Shown here: piece by piece, positions 1 through 14,520 of the stretch
How positions within the stretch are numbered: position 1 is the first letter of the stretch
Layout of the letters: each line of letters starts with the position of its first letter
Origin: Lama guanicoe
Lineage: Eukaryota
Length of the DNA: 64,000 nt
Direction: 5' to 3'
Assembly: GCA_013239625.1 (NCBI GenBank)
Contig: MU053513.1
Span: 330,370 to 394,369 of the forward strand
Made by a program: the position numbers and the translations under genes
Notes under the pieces: model-generated
What the model was told of the DNA's origin: nothing
What the model saw: only the letters and a program-made list of their open reading frames with translations
Databases searched by the model: none

Positions 1-99
1 TCATCCCCAATTATCCATCCTGATGTTTTTGCAACTGATGCTCTACGAACAGTCCCATACCACAGACTGCCTGTCTGTTAAATCAGAGACTGCAAACCA

Positions 100-236
100 C
101 ACATGTTTCTGTAGGCTGGGAAGGTGGTGTGATAGAGTTAGGCCAGAAATTATTATTTTTGTATAATAAATTAATTAACACATTAATAAAAATGCACATG
201 TTTCTGTAGGCTGGGAAGGTGGTGTGATAGAGTTAG
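100..236 (+). repeat. 42-bp direct duplication enclosing a 50-bp copy of 3521-3570
   Basis: 100-141 equals 195-236 exactly, and 142-191 equals 3521-3570 exactly. Confidence 0.95.
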
Positions 237-893
237 CAGAAAGCAGCAGTCACTGTGGTGAACTGCAGAGTTTATCTTAGCCCCAGAGCATCCTACGTCA
301 ATTAGAAACAAACAAAAACCAAAGGGGTTGGTGTGTGAAGCTTGGATTCTGAGCTTCCAGCTTGAGGCATCCATCCTATAGTTTCAAGAAGAAAAGCATG
401 TCTGAATATCTGTCTCTTATCTATTTAAAATGCTTTAAACTTTTCAGAATATATTTTAGTAACAGTAACCAACTGTTTCAACACTCAATGAGGTAAGATT
501 TTCTACGTATGTAAATACTCACACCAAACTCTCAGAGGTCTGCAGGCTTTCTGAGTACTCTACTAAGTGATGGAGGAAAAGGTTACTACATTGACTTAGA
601 AATGGCCTGATGAGAAAATACAACGCATTCTCTGGACAATTTGGTAATCCTTTGCAATTAATATGCCCTGGATATGTACTGCACCACACTGAAGGAGAAA
701 ACTAAAAAATCTTTTTGAATAATTGAAATGAAGTGTAAAAGAGCAGATATACATATTCAGAAAGTCATTTTAATAGGAGGAATATGAGTCTTACATGACA
801 AGAGTCAAGGGCTCTCTGAAGTTTTCATTCTAGAGGTTTAAGGTGCTTGCAATTGGAAATATTTTTAGAGCAATCCAAGTGTCGAAAGGAAAG

Positions 894-1261
894 TGTTATG
901 GACTGAATTGTGTCCCCCCCAAATCCATTGGCTGAAGTTCTAACTCCAGTGTGACTGTATTGGAGATAAGGCCTTGAAAGAGGAAATGAAGTTGTGAGGG
1001 TGAGGCTTTAATAAAATAGGACTGATGTCCTTATAAGAAGAGTAAGAGACACCAGGACTGCACACTTGCAGACAAAAGGCCATGTGACACCTTGAGAAAG
1101 CAGTTGTCTGCAAGGCAAGGAGAGGGGCTTTAGAAGGAACCAGATCGGCCAACACCTTGATCTAGGACTACCACCCTCCAGAACTGTGAGGAACGCATTC
1201 CTGTGGCTGAAGCCACCCGGTGCTTGGTATGCTGTAATAGCAGCCCCAGCAGACTAACACG
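894..1261 (+). mobile_element. MaLR solo LTR (MLT1B-like)
   Basis: Starts TGTTATGGACTGAATTGTGTCCCCCC, contains GTCCTTATAAGAAGAG and CCTCCAGAACTGTGAG, ends GCAGACTAACACG. Near-TSD gaaag/ggaag. Confidence 0.9.
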
Positions 1262-4200
1262 GGAAGAACTCCCTCACTGTCCCTCCACTCAGTCCCAAGG
1301 CATAGAAAACCCCCCTTTTCCCTTTCCACCAACGGAGCCACACGTTTGGAATCCAGACTCATTCATACTCTCTGCAAAGTCGCCAGGTAAGAGAAAACAT
1401 AGAATAGTAACTTCAGCCCCCGAGGAACTGGGGTTATTTTGGGTTATTCTTATAAGGAAGAATGTAAAACCCCAGGATAAGAGGGGAGAGCGGGATTAAA
1501 GGGGCCCAGGGCTGTGGGAAGTGGAAGAGGTCGTTCTAGACAGGAGACAGGGTATCTGAGATTCCTGGGCAGCAAAGGGATCATCACAAGGAGAATCTCG
1601 AAAGTTCCAGGGAGCGAGGAGCCACTCCTGTGTGAACAGGGGAAAGGGTTAACTAGGCCGGGACGCAGGTGTCACAGCCTCCTCCACACCAATGCACACG
1701 ATTTCTCAACGTGAAATGATTGTCTACACTCGGTGAAAATCTAATCAAAAACCCTTTTGGTGTCATTGTCTATCTGGTATGACGAAAGCTGGGGAAGCTC
1801 TGTCCAGACGGGGTAAGTGTGGTTTCCTCCCACACGTCCATCTCCTCAAAGGCTGGTGGATAGTTCATCCTCATAATCATGTGGTGACCATGCAAGACAC
1901 GACATCTACTTTATGCACATCATTATTATGCTGCAAGGAAATTGTGATTTATTCATTCCTCTCTATTTTTCTATCTATTTTTTTAAGTAAGCAAAGAAAT
2001 AATTATTCTTAAGTTGCATGAGGATGATTGGTTAGGAAAACTAAACCCTAAAAAGAAAAGTTAATCTATGAGGGGAAAAAAAGAAAAAAAATCAGAAGCA
2101 GCGCAGGTAAATTTACCATAATCCTTGGATTAGAAGCTAAAAATAAAATTTTAAACATTATTAAAATGACAAAAATAGCAGCGTTTTTCTACATTATGAA
2201 AACACTCTGTATGTCCAAAAAAAAATATCAAATAAAATAAGAATTAAAATGGGAAAATATTTTCTCCCAAATAGAATCCACCATATTTTGGTGTTTTTTT
2301 ATTGTAAAGCTCATGAAAATAAGTTCACTCTGAAACTGACATTAAAGAACTTAACAGTTACTATGCGTAGAAAATTCACAAAAGAGAATAAATAAGACTT
2401 TCTGGAAATCAATTTCCACGAACAAAAATAGTCTTTAAGAGTTTATCTGTGGAGTCTCCCTAGGATGGGACTTTGCTCAGTCTAACCTGAGCATTCTGTG
2501 TGGATCACTGGCTCCTCAATCTAGACTATTTTTGCAAAAGAGAGAAATAAGCATTTTGTCTTGACTAAGGCACTGTTATTTTTGTTGTGGTGGTGGTGGT
2601 TGTTATAGTCAATGGTAATGATGTCAACCTGTGCACACACAATCAAGAGGACTTTTATGCCAAATGTCATAAAAGTTAAACATCTCAACTAACACAAGGA
2701 GCAACTGATGTTTTAAAACAAACCCCCCAACACCATGCACACCTCCCACCCCTGTCAAATACTGTGATCTCTTTGTAGACCTTAAGGATGTATCATCCTG
2801 CACAAATCTTGCAAACTTTTTATTGATCTAAATTATTTTTCTAGATGGGTGTTATGTCCTGTTTCAGATATATGTTATCAGAACCCTTGAAATAACTCAA
2901 GAATACAAGCTTCCCTTTCCTCCCCCTTGAGAAGCTTCAGATCTGATCTTCCTGCCCCCCTGTCCTGAGACTGCTCTTCCTTCTTTGATGACGAGGCAAA
3001 TCTCACAAGGGATCTTGGGTTAACACAAGTATAAAAGAGGGCCTGAAATTTTGGTATGTTAATAAACTACGGTCTTGTCTTTTCTCTTAGCAGTGCATTT
3101 TTTTTTATCATGTTTTTACATTCTGAATCTATGGAATTTACTTTTTTCCCTCCAAGTATTAGCCTGAGTTAATCCCATTTATAAGAAAAACACACAAAGA
3201 AAACTTGTCATACTGGAAAAGGAAATTCACAGAGTAAGCAATAAGGAATAAACATTCCTTAATTCTCATCATTTCCATTAAGAGATAAGATGTTAGTTGT
3301 ACTCATTTCATTGATGAGGTTTTTGATGTTGTCAAAATTAAATATTTTGTCCCAGGTCAGAGAAATAATTGGTCCTGGAGTGATCACTGAAAAGGCAGTA
3401 TGTCCAAGGTTTCTCCCTTATTTCTTAGTAAAAGACTATTTCATACATTAGGGAATATCAAGAGTCCTTTTTGTGCACCAGATGAGCTGATTATAAGCTG
3501 ACCTCAGGGAAATTTGTAAAGCCAGAAATTATTATTTTTGTATAATAAATTAATTAACACATTAATAAAACAAATATCTCTTTAATCTCCTCTTATTTGC
3601 TAACTTGATAAACTCCTCAAGGTATTTATAATGTACAGTAGGAAGGGGACCTTGACATGTTAACACAAAAGCACACTGAGGTATTATATATGCTTAAATA
3701 CAGGAACAAGATATTCAATTTTGATGGGGCTTAAAAGAAGGAGTAGACATGTCTACTTTAGGGAAGTGATCTAAATAGACTTCAAAGCTAACACTTGATA
3801 AGTGAGCAAATATTGAGCAAACTGACCAGAGGAGAAGGGGCACTTCAAGGAGAGGGCGAAGTTTCAAAAGGATACAGAGAGATTAAAGAGCATGACATGT
3901 CGATATGTATGACTAGAGAGACTGAATCAATAAACAGGCTCTAGATCAGGATGGACAAAGAAGCAGAGGCGTTGGTTAGTCCTTGGCCGGAAGGATAGAG
4001 ACATGGCTGTTGTCACCAGTCAATGCAGTTCTCAGGGTCCCCAGACAGCGAAGCAGATCATAGATGGAGTCCTCAGAAAATTCTGAGACAGGAACTGGGA
4101 GTAAAGCTCTTCCCGTTAGAGTGATGTTTGATATCTCGATCCCCTCAATTAGATGCAGTTTGACAAATCACATGACTGTCACGAGCCTACTGACCAGCGC

Positions 4201-4936
4201 CGTCTGTGGAGCAGCGTGGTGAGGTGGCTCTTCCTCACCTTTCTGGGCAGCCCACCGCCACAAAGTCTGTGCACTTCAGGGTGATTTTCCACTTGCATTT
4301 CACATTCGTTGTCCCTACACTGCCTCTGCTCCCACACCATGCTTTGCACTTTTGGATAAGTCTCTTTTTTACTCCCGTGGACTTATGATAGCCCTGAATT
4401 AATATATAATCATCAGTATCTGTAGGCAGTGTTCACCCAGTTCTCATGAACTGCAGTTGAAGCCATCACAAAGTGATTGTGGGGAGAAAAATGGAAACTC
4501 TGATTTAATGAGGAATTTCTCCCAAATCTGAATTTATAATACGTTGCAAGGAGTTTTAATTGGGACCTTTTTGTAGCCAATAAGGGTGTTTGTCCCTGCT
4601 CCAGTACAGGTATTCTCTTTTTCATTTCAGTGTTTTACATGGCATCATCTTTCCTTGTTGATTCAGTGTTTCCAGACATGCATCACCCTGGATTTACCGG
4701 TGTTGAAAACACTTTATGGTCTGAAATTTTATTTCAAAAATCTGCTCACTTCCTGGTGGGTGAGCCATCAGGAAGCATTTAATTCATCGCTTATCTTTAT
4801 GTAATCTGTAAAAGCAGTAAACAGGGCTGCAAGATTGCACTCTCAGGTGATACATTTTGCCTTAAAGCGGAAGGGTATCTCCAACTCCGGCCCCAGAGGC
4901 AAGGTGGCTGTGAATAATGGCTGCTGGGCCAGGAGG

Positions 4937-4939
<3 letters not shown>

Positions 4940-4973
<34 letters not shown>
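4940..4973. repeat. (GA)17 microsatellite
   Basis: Directly visible. Confidence 0.97.
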
Positions 4974-4977
<4 letters not shown>

Positions 4978-5534
4978 ACTCAAATGATGAAATAATGAAT
5001 GTTAAAAGGTTGATCCAGTACCCCAAATGAGTTATCCTTAGAAATGCTCTCTAACATAAAGAAACTAATCTAATGGCAGAAATTTGAAGCATCATCAAAA
5101 GCAGCAGGGATCTGTGGCTTGAGCCTTATTTCCAGTCACACCATATTTGTAATTGACCTGACCACTCAATTGAGTCTCACTCATTTATTAATTTCTTCAG
5201 CATCCTCTCATCGAGACAATTAGGGAGCATCTAACAGTACACGTAGCACGAAGTAGACAATCAGTATGTCCCCTTCATTCATTTGACAAACAATATTTAA
5301 GCTCTAAACAAAGACCAAACATTATTTTGTTGCTTGGAATACAGTGATAAGCAAGATACATGCCAAGAATTAGAAAGAGTTACATTCTAGTGGAAACACT
5401 AACACCAGGAAAAATAATAAGGTGCAATTAACTTACGTAATGGGGACCAGCCTAGAACGTGCTACAGGAGAACCTAGAAGGGCCGTTTCATGTCCAAGCC
5501 TCAGAGGTGAGGGAAGGCAGCCACACTTGGGAGT

Positions 5535-5750
5535 TGCAGAGAGCCTGGGATTGAATTCTAGCTCTGCCCTTTACTAGGAATGTAAATCTGGATAAATTAC
5601 CTAGTAACTGTATGTATCAAGTTTCACTTCCCTAAAGGAGGAATAATAATGATACCTTCCTCAAAGTACGGTTTGAGAATTAAATGAGTTAATATGTACA
5701 ATACTAGAGGAGTTCCTGGCATATAGTCATGTAACAAACACTAAATAAAA
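5535..5750 (+). mobile_element. MIR SINE
   Basis: Core motifs GCCTGGGATTGAATTCTAGCTCTGCC and GAGAATTAAATGAGTTAATA. Confidence 0.8.
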
Positions 5751-7539
5751 CTGAGTTGTCTTGATTATATTATTATGTATGTACCTCTGGTTTTTAGCAG
5801 CAAAATGCCAGGATCCTCTTTGTAAGGCATTACTCCCTGCCTAGCACCAAATCGGATCCCCTGCTCTAGTATTTATTTCTTGCCTCTTAGAAATGTCTTA
5901 TTTCTTTTGAGTACATTTGTGTAAAAGCAAGTAAAGAAACATAATGACCTCTGAGGGAAAATGTACACTTAACACAACTTCCAAAAAAGATCTTGGTTCT
6001 CGGTATATCATAGTGTGAGAAACAAGACTTGATTCTTCCGTAAGTCCACATTTTGGAGAACGATGCCTATCTGAGTCTCATTGTGTTGCTGAAGGAAGAT
6101 TTTGTAGAAGAACACAGTTCTGAGGCATTGGCAAGCATGATGGTGTCACGTGTTACTTTTGTACCCTATAATATATTTCAGACTCTTTTTTTTGGGGGGG
6201 TTATTTGTGTGTAATTTAAGGGAAAATGTGGGCTAGAAGCCTGAAAATCTGTTTCTCACCTCTCCCATATTCATCCTGGTTGGAACTTTGCATGTTCTCT
6301 TCATTTTGGAAATTCACAGACAGCTAACTGAACATAACCTAAGGACCAAATGCAGCATCTGAGACCACGTGCTGTGCCAGAGCCACACTGCTCTTTCCGT
6401 ATTTGCTCACTTTGTTCTGATCGCTCTTGCCAGCTTATGGCACTCCTGTCTTTGGTCCAGCACTACTCATCCTCTCTCACGTTTCTTCCACACTCGACCC
6501 GTCTGCTGTATTCTTTCCTTGCCTTTTGGTGGGTGTTCTTTCTTTTGTGTTCATTTATATAATGTCAGTGAATGCCTCTTGTAAGTGCCAGGCGCCTAAA
6601 TGTCTTTAATTTTTCTTCATTCCATCTTGTTATCAGCATCAGTGCATTATGTACCTCTACACTAAGATACAATTTTCCATCTTTGAAAAAGAGGCTTATT
6701 TTTTTCCCCCAAGATAACTGGTGCCTTTTTAAACATGGAAAAAAAAAAAGGACGGATTAAATGAAGGCAATCATACAGCTGGGTTTACAAGCATGAGCTA
6801 CTTACAAAGACTGCAAATCACCAAAGAGCTTCTTTCTATCTGATATTTCCCTCGACTCAATTCCAAATACATGTTAAGTAATGGATTAACTGTTTCCAGG
6901 GTAAATGCTAATAATAATTATAGCACATATAGCTTATGGGTGATCGGAATGTGAAATGCCATTAGGCTGAACCCTGGTTGATTTTCAATTTGTTTTCCAA
7001 GTCAAGCCTTCAGACACCTCTGTATGCCTTTTGATATTTGTGCATTTTCATTTATTTTCAGTTTGATGGACTGATAATACGGCATTAATTAGAACTGCAC
7101 TGATGGAATTACCATATTTACATCTCTAAAGAATACCTTCAGAAAATATTGTGCTGCTTACTTTGTGCTAGGCATAGCTTTAAAACTCCAGACTATTTAT
7201 AGTTTGGTAGTGGAGTTTTATGGATAAAAAGACAGACTCTATGTGAGATAAAAGAACACATTTCAGTAAATAAACTTCTTGCTTCTCATTATGCATAATT
7301 TATACGACTTTATGAGTGGTCTTAATTTTATATTTATGTTTTGAAGAAAGGAAGTTTATATTCTTCACTTAATTTTGCCATATAAACCAATAAGAACCCT
7401 AAATCACATTCAACAGCCATTAACACTGATGCTGTAACTTGCAGTTAGGTATGTTTTACGTTCAAAATTTATAGTGATTATCAATTACATTCTAACAGTT
7501 TGTACCATCAATATATAATTATTTATACGTTTTCTATTT

Positions 7540-10110
7540 AGAGTTTTATTTTTCCAGGTTTGCAAATGGCCAGTTATCTCAGATTTGCCTTATCTAAAAG
7601 TGATATTTCTTTCCTTTCACCTTTGGAAGATATTTACAATAGACGTAGACGTCAAACTTTCACGACTCTAAATATGACGTTCCATTTTCTTCTGGCTTCC
7701 GTGTTTTTCGGTAAGTCAGCACTAAGTATTACTGTTCTTTCAAAGGAGCTGCTTTTAAGATTTTCTCTTTTCAGAGTTTGACCATCATGTGCCTAATAAA
7801 CGTTGCTTTCTTTGTATTTTATGTATTGTAAATTATGTACTTACAGGTTTTCTGAGCTTCTTGGAACTACGAGTAGATGTCTACTACTGGTGTGAAATAT
7901 TCTTAGCAATTATATCTTCAATTTCTTTCTCTTTCCTACTCTTTTTCCCTCTTTCCTTCTGGAATTCCAGTTAGACATATATTATACTTTTAAACACTGT
8001 ACTATGCATAATATCCCAATGCTCCTTGCTTTATTTTCAATTACTTTTGCTCTTTCTACTTCATTTTGGATATCTGTTGTCCTATCTTTCAGTTCATTAG
8101 TATAATTTTCTGTAATGTCTAATCTCCTCTTAAAGATTTATCACATTTACACCTAAGTATTATTTCCCTTCTGAAATAGTTTTAAAGAATTTTAATTTTG
8201 ATGTCTGCACATTCAATACTGTAATCTTGCTGAATTTGTTAGTTCTAAGAGGGTTTTTGTAGATTCCTTGTGTTTTGCCATGTTGACAACATTTCCTTTG
8301 CAAATAGGAATATTTTTCATATCTTCCTCGCCAATCTGTCTGCTTTTATTTTCTTTTCTTGCCTATTGCATTGACTACAACCTCCAGAACTCTGGTCTGT
8401 TGAGTAAGACTCGTGACAGAGTATGGCTTTGTCTTGTTGCTAATCATAAGAAGAAAGCATTTGGTCCCTCACAATTAAGTAAAATGTCAGCTTTAGGTTT
8501 TTTGTGGATGGTCTTGAAGAAATTCTCCTTAAATCCTATTGTTCCAGAAGTTTTTAACAAATGTGTTTTATGTATTAATTAATATAATCATGTGATTTTT
8601 TTAAGTCCATTAATATGATGGATTAAATTGACCTAATAGGGAATCTTAAACCGTCCCTACATTTCTGAAATAAATCTTACCTGGTCATGGAGTAAAATTA
8701 TTTTTATAGATTCTGAATTCTCTTTGAAAAAATATTTTTAAGAATTGTGTCTATATTCATGGCATGCAATGCTCTGTAATTTTCTTATAGACTCCTTGTC
8801 TAGTTTTGACATTAAAGTAATAACAGAGTCAAAAAATTAATTGGGAATTTTGCCCTCTTTTATTTTTTAGGAGAAATTGTGTAGGATTGGTGATATTTTT
8901 TTTCTTTAAAATGTTAGTAGAATCCTCCAGTGAAACTATCTTGGTTTGGAGAGAGGTTTTTAATTGCAGTTTTAGTTTTCTTAATAATTAGAGAACTATT
9001 CAAATTATCTAGTTCATTTTTGGTGAGTTGTGGTAGTTGTACTCTTCAAAGAAGATCCATTTAATCTAAATTGATCCATTTAATCTAAGTTGTTAAAATT
9101 TTGTATTTAGAGTTAATCGTAGCTTTTCTTTTTATCCTTTTTGATGTCTGTTGAATCTGTAGAAATATCCTGTTTCATTTCTAATATTTATAATGAATGT
9201 CTTCTTTTTCTCTTTGCCGATCTGTACAGAGATCTGTTGATTTTATTGATCTTTCTAAAAAGCCAGCTCTTTGCTTTATTGAATTTCTCTATTGTCTTCT
9301 TTTTTCAATTTCATTGATGTTCTGCTCTTGTCTTTATTATTTCCTTTCTTCTGCTTGCTGGGTTTGGTTTACCCTTCTTTTTCTAGGTTCTCGAGGTAGG
9401 GAATTCAAATTGTTGATTTGAAACTTTTCTCTTTTCTCCATATGTGTCTAGTGCTGTACTGTTTCAGCGTGCACACATTTTGATGCATTGTTTTTTTCAT
9501 TTTTATTTAGTTCAGATAGGTAAAAATTTCCCTTGAGAATATCTGTTTTACACTTTGGTTATTTAGAAGTTTGTTGTTGGGTTTCAAGTGTTTGGGAGTT
9601 TTCCTGTTACCTTTTGAGCGGTAGCTTCTTGCTTGCTTTCATTTTGATCAGAGAATTTTCTGTATAATTTTAATTTCACTTTTTCAAAGTTTGCTTTATG
9701 ACCATGGATATGTCTATCTTATTTCATGGACATTTGAAAGGAATGTGTATTTCCACTGTTGCTGGATGGAATGTCCTATAAATGTCAGTTAGGGCCTGTC
9801 AGCTGGAGTTGTTATTGAGATCCTTTAAGAAAGGGATATCGGTGTACTCAACACTGTTTATGGATTTGTCTATTTCTCTTTAATTTTATCAGTTTTTGTT
9901 TCACATATTTTACAGTTTTAAATAGTTTACATGTTTCTATTGTTTGGTACATAAACATTTAGGAGTGCTATGTTTTCTTGGTGTATTGACCCTTTTATCA
10001 TTATATAATATCTTTCTGTTTCTTTCAATTTTATTTGCAATGTAGTTCACTTTATCTAGTATTACTATATATGTTTCTGGATTTTAAAATTTATGTTTGT
10101 ATTATATATC
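7540..10110 (-). mobile_element. Old L1M fragments (ORF2-derived)
   Basis: Long T-rich stretch with antisense L1 motifs such as TTTATTGATCTTTCTAAAAAGCCAGCT, GGATTTGTCTATTTCTC and TTGACCCTTTTATCATTAT. Boundaries are approximate. Confidence 0.8.
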
Positions 10111-13100
10111 TTTGTACCAATGCTGTTTCCCTGACTGGTAAATATATATGCATATAATGGACACATACTGGGAACTAACCTGTATAAAATTTTCAAATGA
10201 TCACTGTTTGCTTCATTATTCTACATTTCATCTGGTAATTCCTAGGTCTCCAGTGTTAAATTGCATATGAAGAGATTCACATTAATAAAGTTTAACTCAG
10301 AAGTGAGAGGAATGTTAAGTATCTGGAATTAGCAAAAGGAAGATTCTCATTTGTTCAAATGACCAGGGCTAAACTTGATGAATCTTTTCCTTTTCTTCAG
10401 ATAAGGAAAACATCTATGTAAATTAGCAAGATGGCTCAAACTTCATAGACATTCAAATGAATAGAACATATTTAGAAAACTTCTCTCTTGTTTATTCTTC
10501 TATGACTCCAAGGAAGACCAGGAAATGATTTATTAGGCTGGTTCATCACACTCTGTGCTGTTATTCCGAAACAAGCAGGCAAAAGACGAAATAGAAAGCA
10601 TCATAAATGTCACTTTATAGTCTATACTTAAGCAACTTTTTTTCAAAATTATAACTGGCAATTAAAATAATATGGTCTGATATTTTACATCATACAATAA
10701 CTTCTAACAATTATTTTTGTTGTTTTTAGATTTATTGTTTTTCAGGTAATTTCTAATAATAAATTCCATAGATTCTCATATTACTTAAAATTACTTTAAA
10801 ATGATCAAGATTCTAATGTTTTTCTAAATGTAAAATGAAAATTCTTATGTGGGTCTAAATAAATCATTATGGGTTTATTATGGGTGGTCAGAGTCCCACA
10901 CAGCTCTGCAGATTGGTCCATGGCCAACACAGTAAAGTTACTGTTTTATAAGAATGTAGTCTTACGTGTCAATTTTTCAAATTTTATATGTTTACTCCCT
11001 AGCTATTGTTATAATAATATTTCAATTACCATTTAATTCATAATTTTCTGAAAAAATATTGTCTCTTCAGTGAATATGAGTAAGTATAATAATTCCTATT
11101 TGAATAAACATTTCTCATATTTTATCTCTGACATTAATGCCAAAATTCATATTATAAGTAATAGCTAATGTACTAACTAGTGCATAACTGTTCAAAATCG
11201 ATGAATGGGTATGTTAAAGACATTTGAATGAGTCAATCAGTGTTTTTCCTAAAGGAAAAAAGAGAAGGTTGTGCAGAACACTATTTCACAGGAGTATGTT
11301 TTTCTTGTCATAATGAAAGAAACATATAAAACAAAGTAACTGCCTTTGTATTGTTAAAAGTAACGTAAGCTTTTGCTCATAATTAATGCATTATGCATTG
11401 GATAGCATGATTATGTAATTACCATGCTTATTTGATTATTTAGTATGTATACTTAGCGCCTTTTTTTTTGCTTTGTTTTAAGGAATTTGAATCAGCTTCA
11501 ATACAGTATAAAGCAATTCTGTTAAACATTCCTTCCAGAGCCTGCCAAGAGAAAAAGCACTTTAAAAGGAACAGAAGAATTGCTATTATCAGGCACCTGT
11601 GATGAGTCAATCACTGCAGATAAACACTGAATTTATGTCTGTCTGTTCATCTTGGCAGCCAAGGAAAAAGGAAAAATGTGGTTGTCCCAAGGTTGTCTTC
11701 AGACACAAACATTTTCTTGGCTCAAAATTGAAGGGAGACTTTAACATGTGATTTTTTTATGTTTAGGGACATTGAAGAACATAATGGGCGATGTCTTCAC
11801 ACATTTTTATGAAAAACATGGACATTGTTCCACTATAAAAGCTGCAGGTTTAACATTGGATGTAACTCAATGAAGACCTTTCTGTGGGGCACTGAGATAA
11901 TGAAATCCGCATATTCTGTGTCCTGAAAAATTAAATTAAAACAGATAGAGCCTAGCAAATCGGGAGGAAGAGATAATTAACCTGTCCAAAAGACAGCCTC
12001 TTTCAAATATCAGATGTCCCAAAGAACCTTTGGCAAGAATTGCACTGCTGTCAGTTTAGAGGTCCTGAATTCCTAATATTTGTTTTGTTAACTAAAGGTG
12101 GTACCCTACTCTTTGACTAGCTGACTCACGGTTCCCACCCAAAAAAATACTGTATTGTCCACCAAAAAAGACGGTTCATACAAAACATGTAAATCCCAGT
12201 ATAATGCATTAGACAAAGTAAATCTCTTACAGAATCAATTCTAGATAGTATCTGGATGAAATAACAGTACCTGAAATTATTCAATATCATAGTTATTTGT
12301 GTATTTCCTTAATTTGGACTCTACTTCCATGCATGCATGAGCTAATTTTTTTTTTTTAGCTTGCTTTGCCTTTTCTACAATAAGTAGAGATACCTTATGG
12401 CGTACACATTCAATAAATTCTATCTAATCTAACTCAGTTGTCTATTCCTTTGCTAGGAAACATCTACCAAAATACAAAACACAAAATAGATGGTGCAGTA
12501 GAAACGTATCATGATATTATTTAAGCTATATTGAGGATTTTTTTTTAAAAAGGCTAAGGAAGTAATATTTTATGTGAGATTTGAAGAATAAGTAGAAGTT
12601 AGCTGGGAAATAAAAGAATAAGAGGGAACGTTTCAGGAAGACAAGGATATGTGCAAAATCTATGTTCGAAGGAGAACATGGTGTGTTTCAGGTAAGGAAT
12701 CCAAAATGGCTGAAGCTGCGCAGGTGAAGGACAGAGAGTGAGAAGCTGGCAGAACCAGATCTCAGAGAATCCTGAGCACAGGCTGAAGATTTCAGAACGT
12801 GTTGGCAGCTGAAACGTTGGCAACTTAGCACCATTTCCTGTACCATTCTTTTCCTTTATTTCAGGGGCTGGAGATCTGAGCATTATCTCTCTTAGGGTCC
12901 CTACAGCAGGGGTCTGGATCAGATCCATCATTGAGTAGCAGGGGTATTCATTTTGAAAGATGGAAGAGAAACAGAAGCCATTATTATTTTTCCTTCTGGC
13001 AAATGTGGATTTTTGTTAGAGGTAAGATTTCACAATGGCCTTGTGGATTTCTCTCTCACCCCGCTCATGTTGACGGTAGGAATAACTACGATTATTGCTG

Positions 13101-14258
13101 GCACTTTCCTGTGCTTCCTGTAACTTCCTGATTCCCTAAAATCTACTAGATCTTCAGTTTATGTACAGCCTTCCCTGACTTTAATTTCACAGAGAACTGT
13201 TTAATTACATACATCCTTAAATTTAATCTGTTTTTATTTTCCTGACTGAATTATGATTGATATAATATTTCCTATAAGAAATGGTGGGGGAGAGTGCAAG
13301 CTATAAAAATAAAATTGAATACACGTAACATCGGCTTAATCACACAGGGTAAGACAATCAGAAATGAATTATAGCAGGCTGAAGGGGTGGAGAATTCTGC
13401 TATTCTGTGGAAAAACAAGTGGTGAGTCACCTCCGCTAACTGGGATGGCAAAATCACATGCTTACTACATCTGTAGCTCTACAGAAGGTGGTTTGAAGGA
13501 GTTAGCATTATACTGTGTTCTGAATACGACTTGCCACACTGACAAAGTGTTGCAAAGAGGAGATGAATTCAGTCAAGAATGGACTGGTTTCAGACATAGA
13601 TTAAAGAGAATGGAGAAAATTCAGAAATGATGGGGCCTCAATGTGTTGGAAAAGCTCATTGGTTCAAAACACAGGCAATGAAGGAAAAGGCTGGAAAAGC
13701 CTTCAGGGACAGTGGCTCAGCAAGACTTCTCATTAGACAAATTGGCCAAACCGCATAGCAAATATCATCGTGAGCCTTTTATCTTCACAACAGAATCAGT
13801 TGTCTCAGGCATTTTCAAGATAGCCAGCATTAATTCAAGAGAAGGTGTCAAGTAATGATAGAAACAAGTGAATCAAGCTTGGGAATTATGTTTAGGAAAA
13901 TCTGGAACATAGTTCCTGGTATGTAGATCCAAGAAGAATTAAATAGATTAGAGGACAACTAAGTTTTTAAGAGCATTACATTGCCAAAAAATCATAAGCC
14001 TGTACTTAGAAATTTTCTTCAAGCTTTAAACTATCATTTGAAATTTTTACCACTGGAGACAATATGCAAAATCTCTTTAGACCCAGAAAAGATATTTTCT
14101 CAACATGCACTAGTGATATAGCTATGAAGAGTAATGGACAAGAAAGAACCTTCCAGAAAATAGATCTAGTGCTCCCCAAAACAATGGAAAAGTTTCTTCT
14201 TGGATACAGGAATAATTATCTAATTAAAGTATTTCTCTACACTTAGGACAAGAGGTCT

Positions 14259-14520
14259 TCATAACGTCTGACCATCAGAATATCTTTGGTTCTTCCCACT
14301 TCGTACAGAAGTTATTCTGGTGTTCCTGTGTCCCGGCTTCAGTGTATAGTAATGAGGGGATATGTTGGGGGTGGGAAAAACTTGTCCTTTTTGTGCACAA
14401 GTTCCTGGACCTGGAGAATCCATTACTGATTCTGATAGAGAGGATAGTTCATCATCTGGATGGTTGACCATCTGAACTTTGAGTTGGATATTGTGACTGG
14501 AATTACTTTGTATTATCTCC
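14259..14520 (-). CDS. Orphan candidate terminal coding exon, product unknown
   Basis: Acceptor ttgcttccccaag|G, then 86 open codons (EIIQSNSSHN...YSDGQTL*) in non-repetitive DNA. No recognised homology. Confidence 0.25.

Noticed and set aside
9053..9092. Short tandem duplications (also ~12795, ~26160, ~49230)
   Set aside because: Ordinary two-copy slippage duplications of 14-19 bp; not CRISPR-like arrays.
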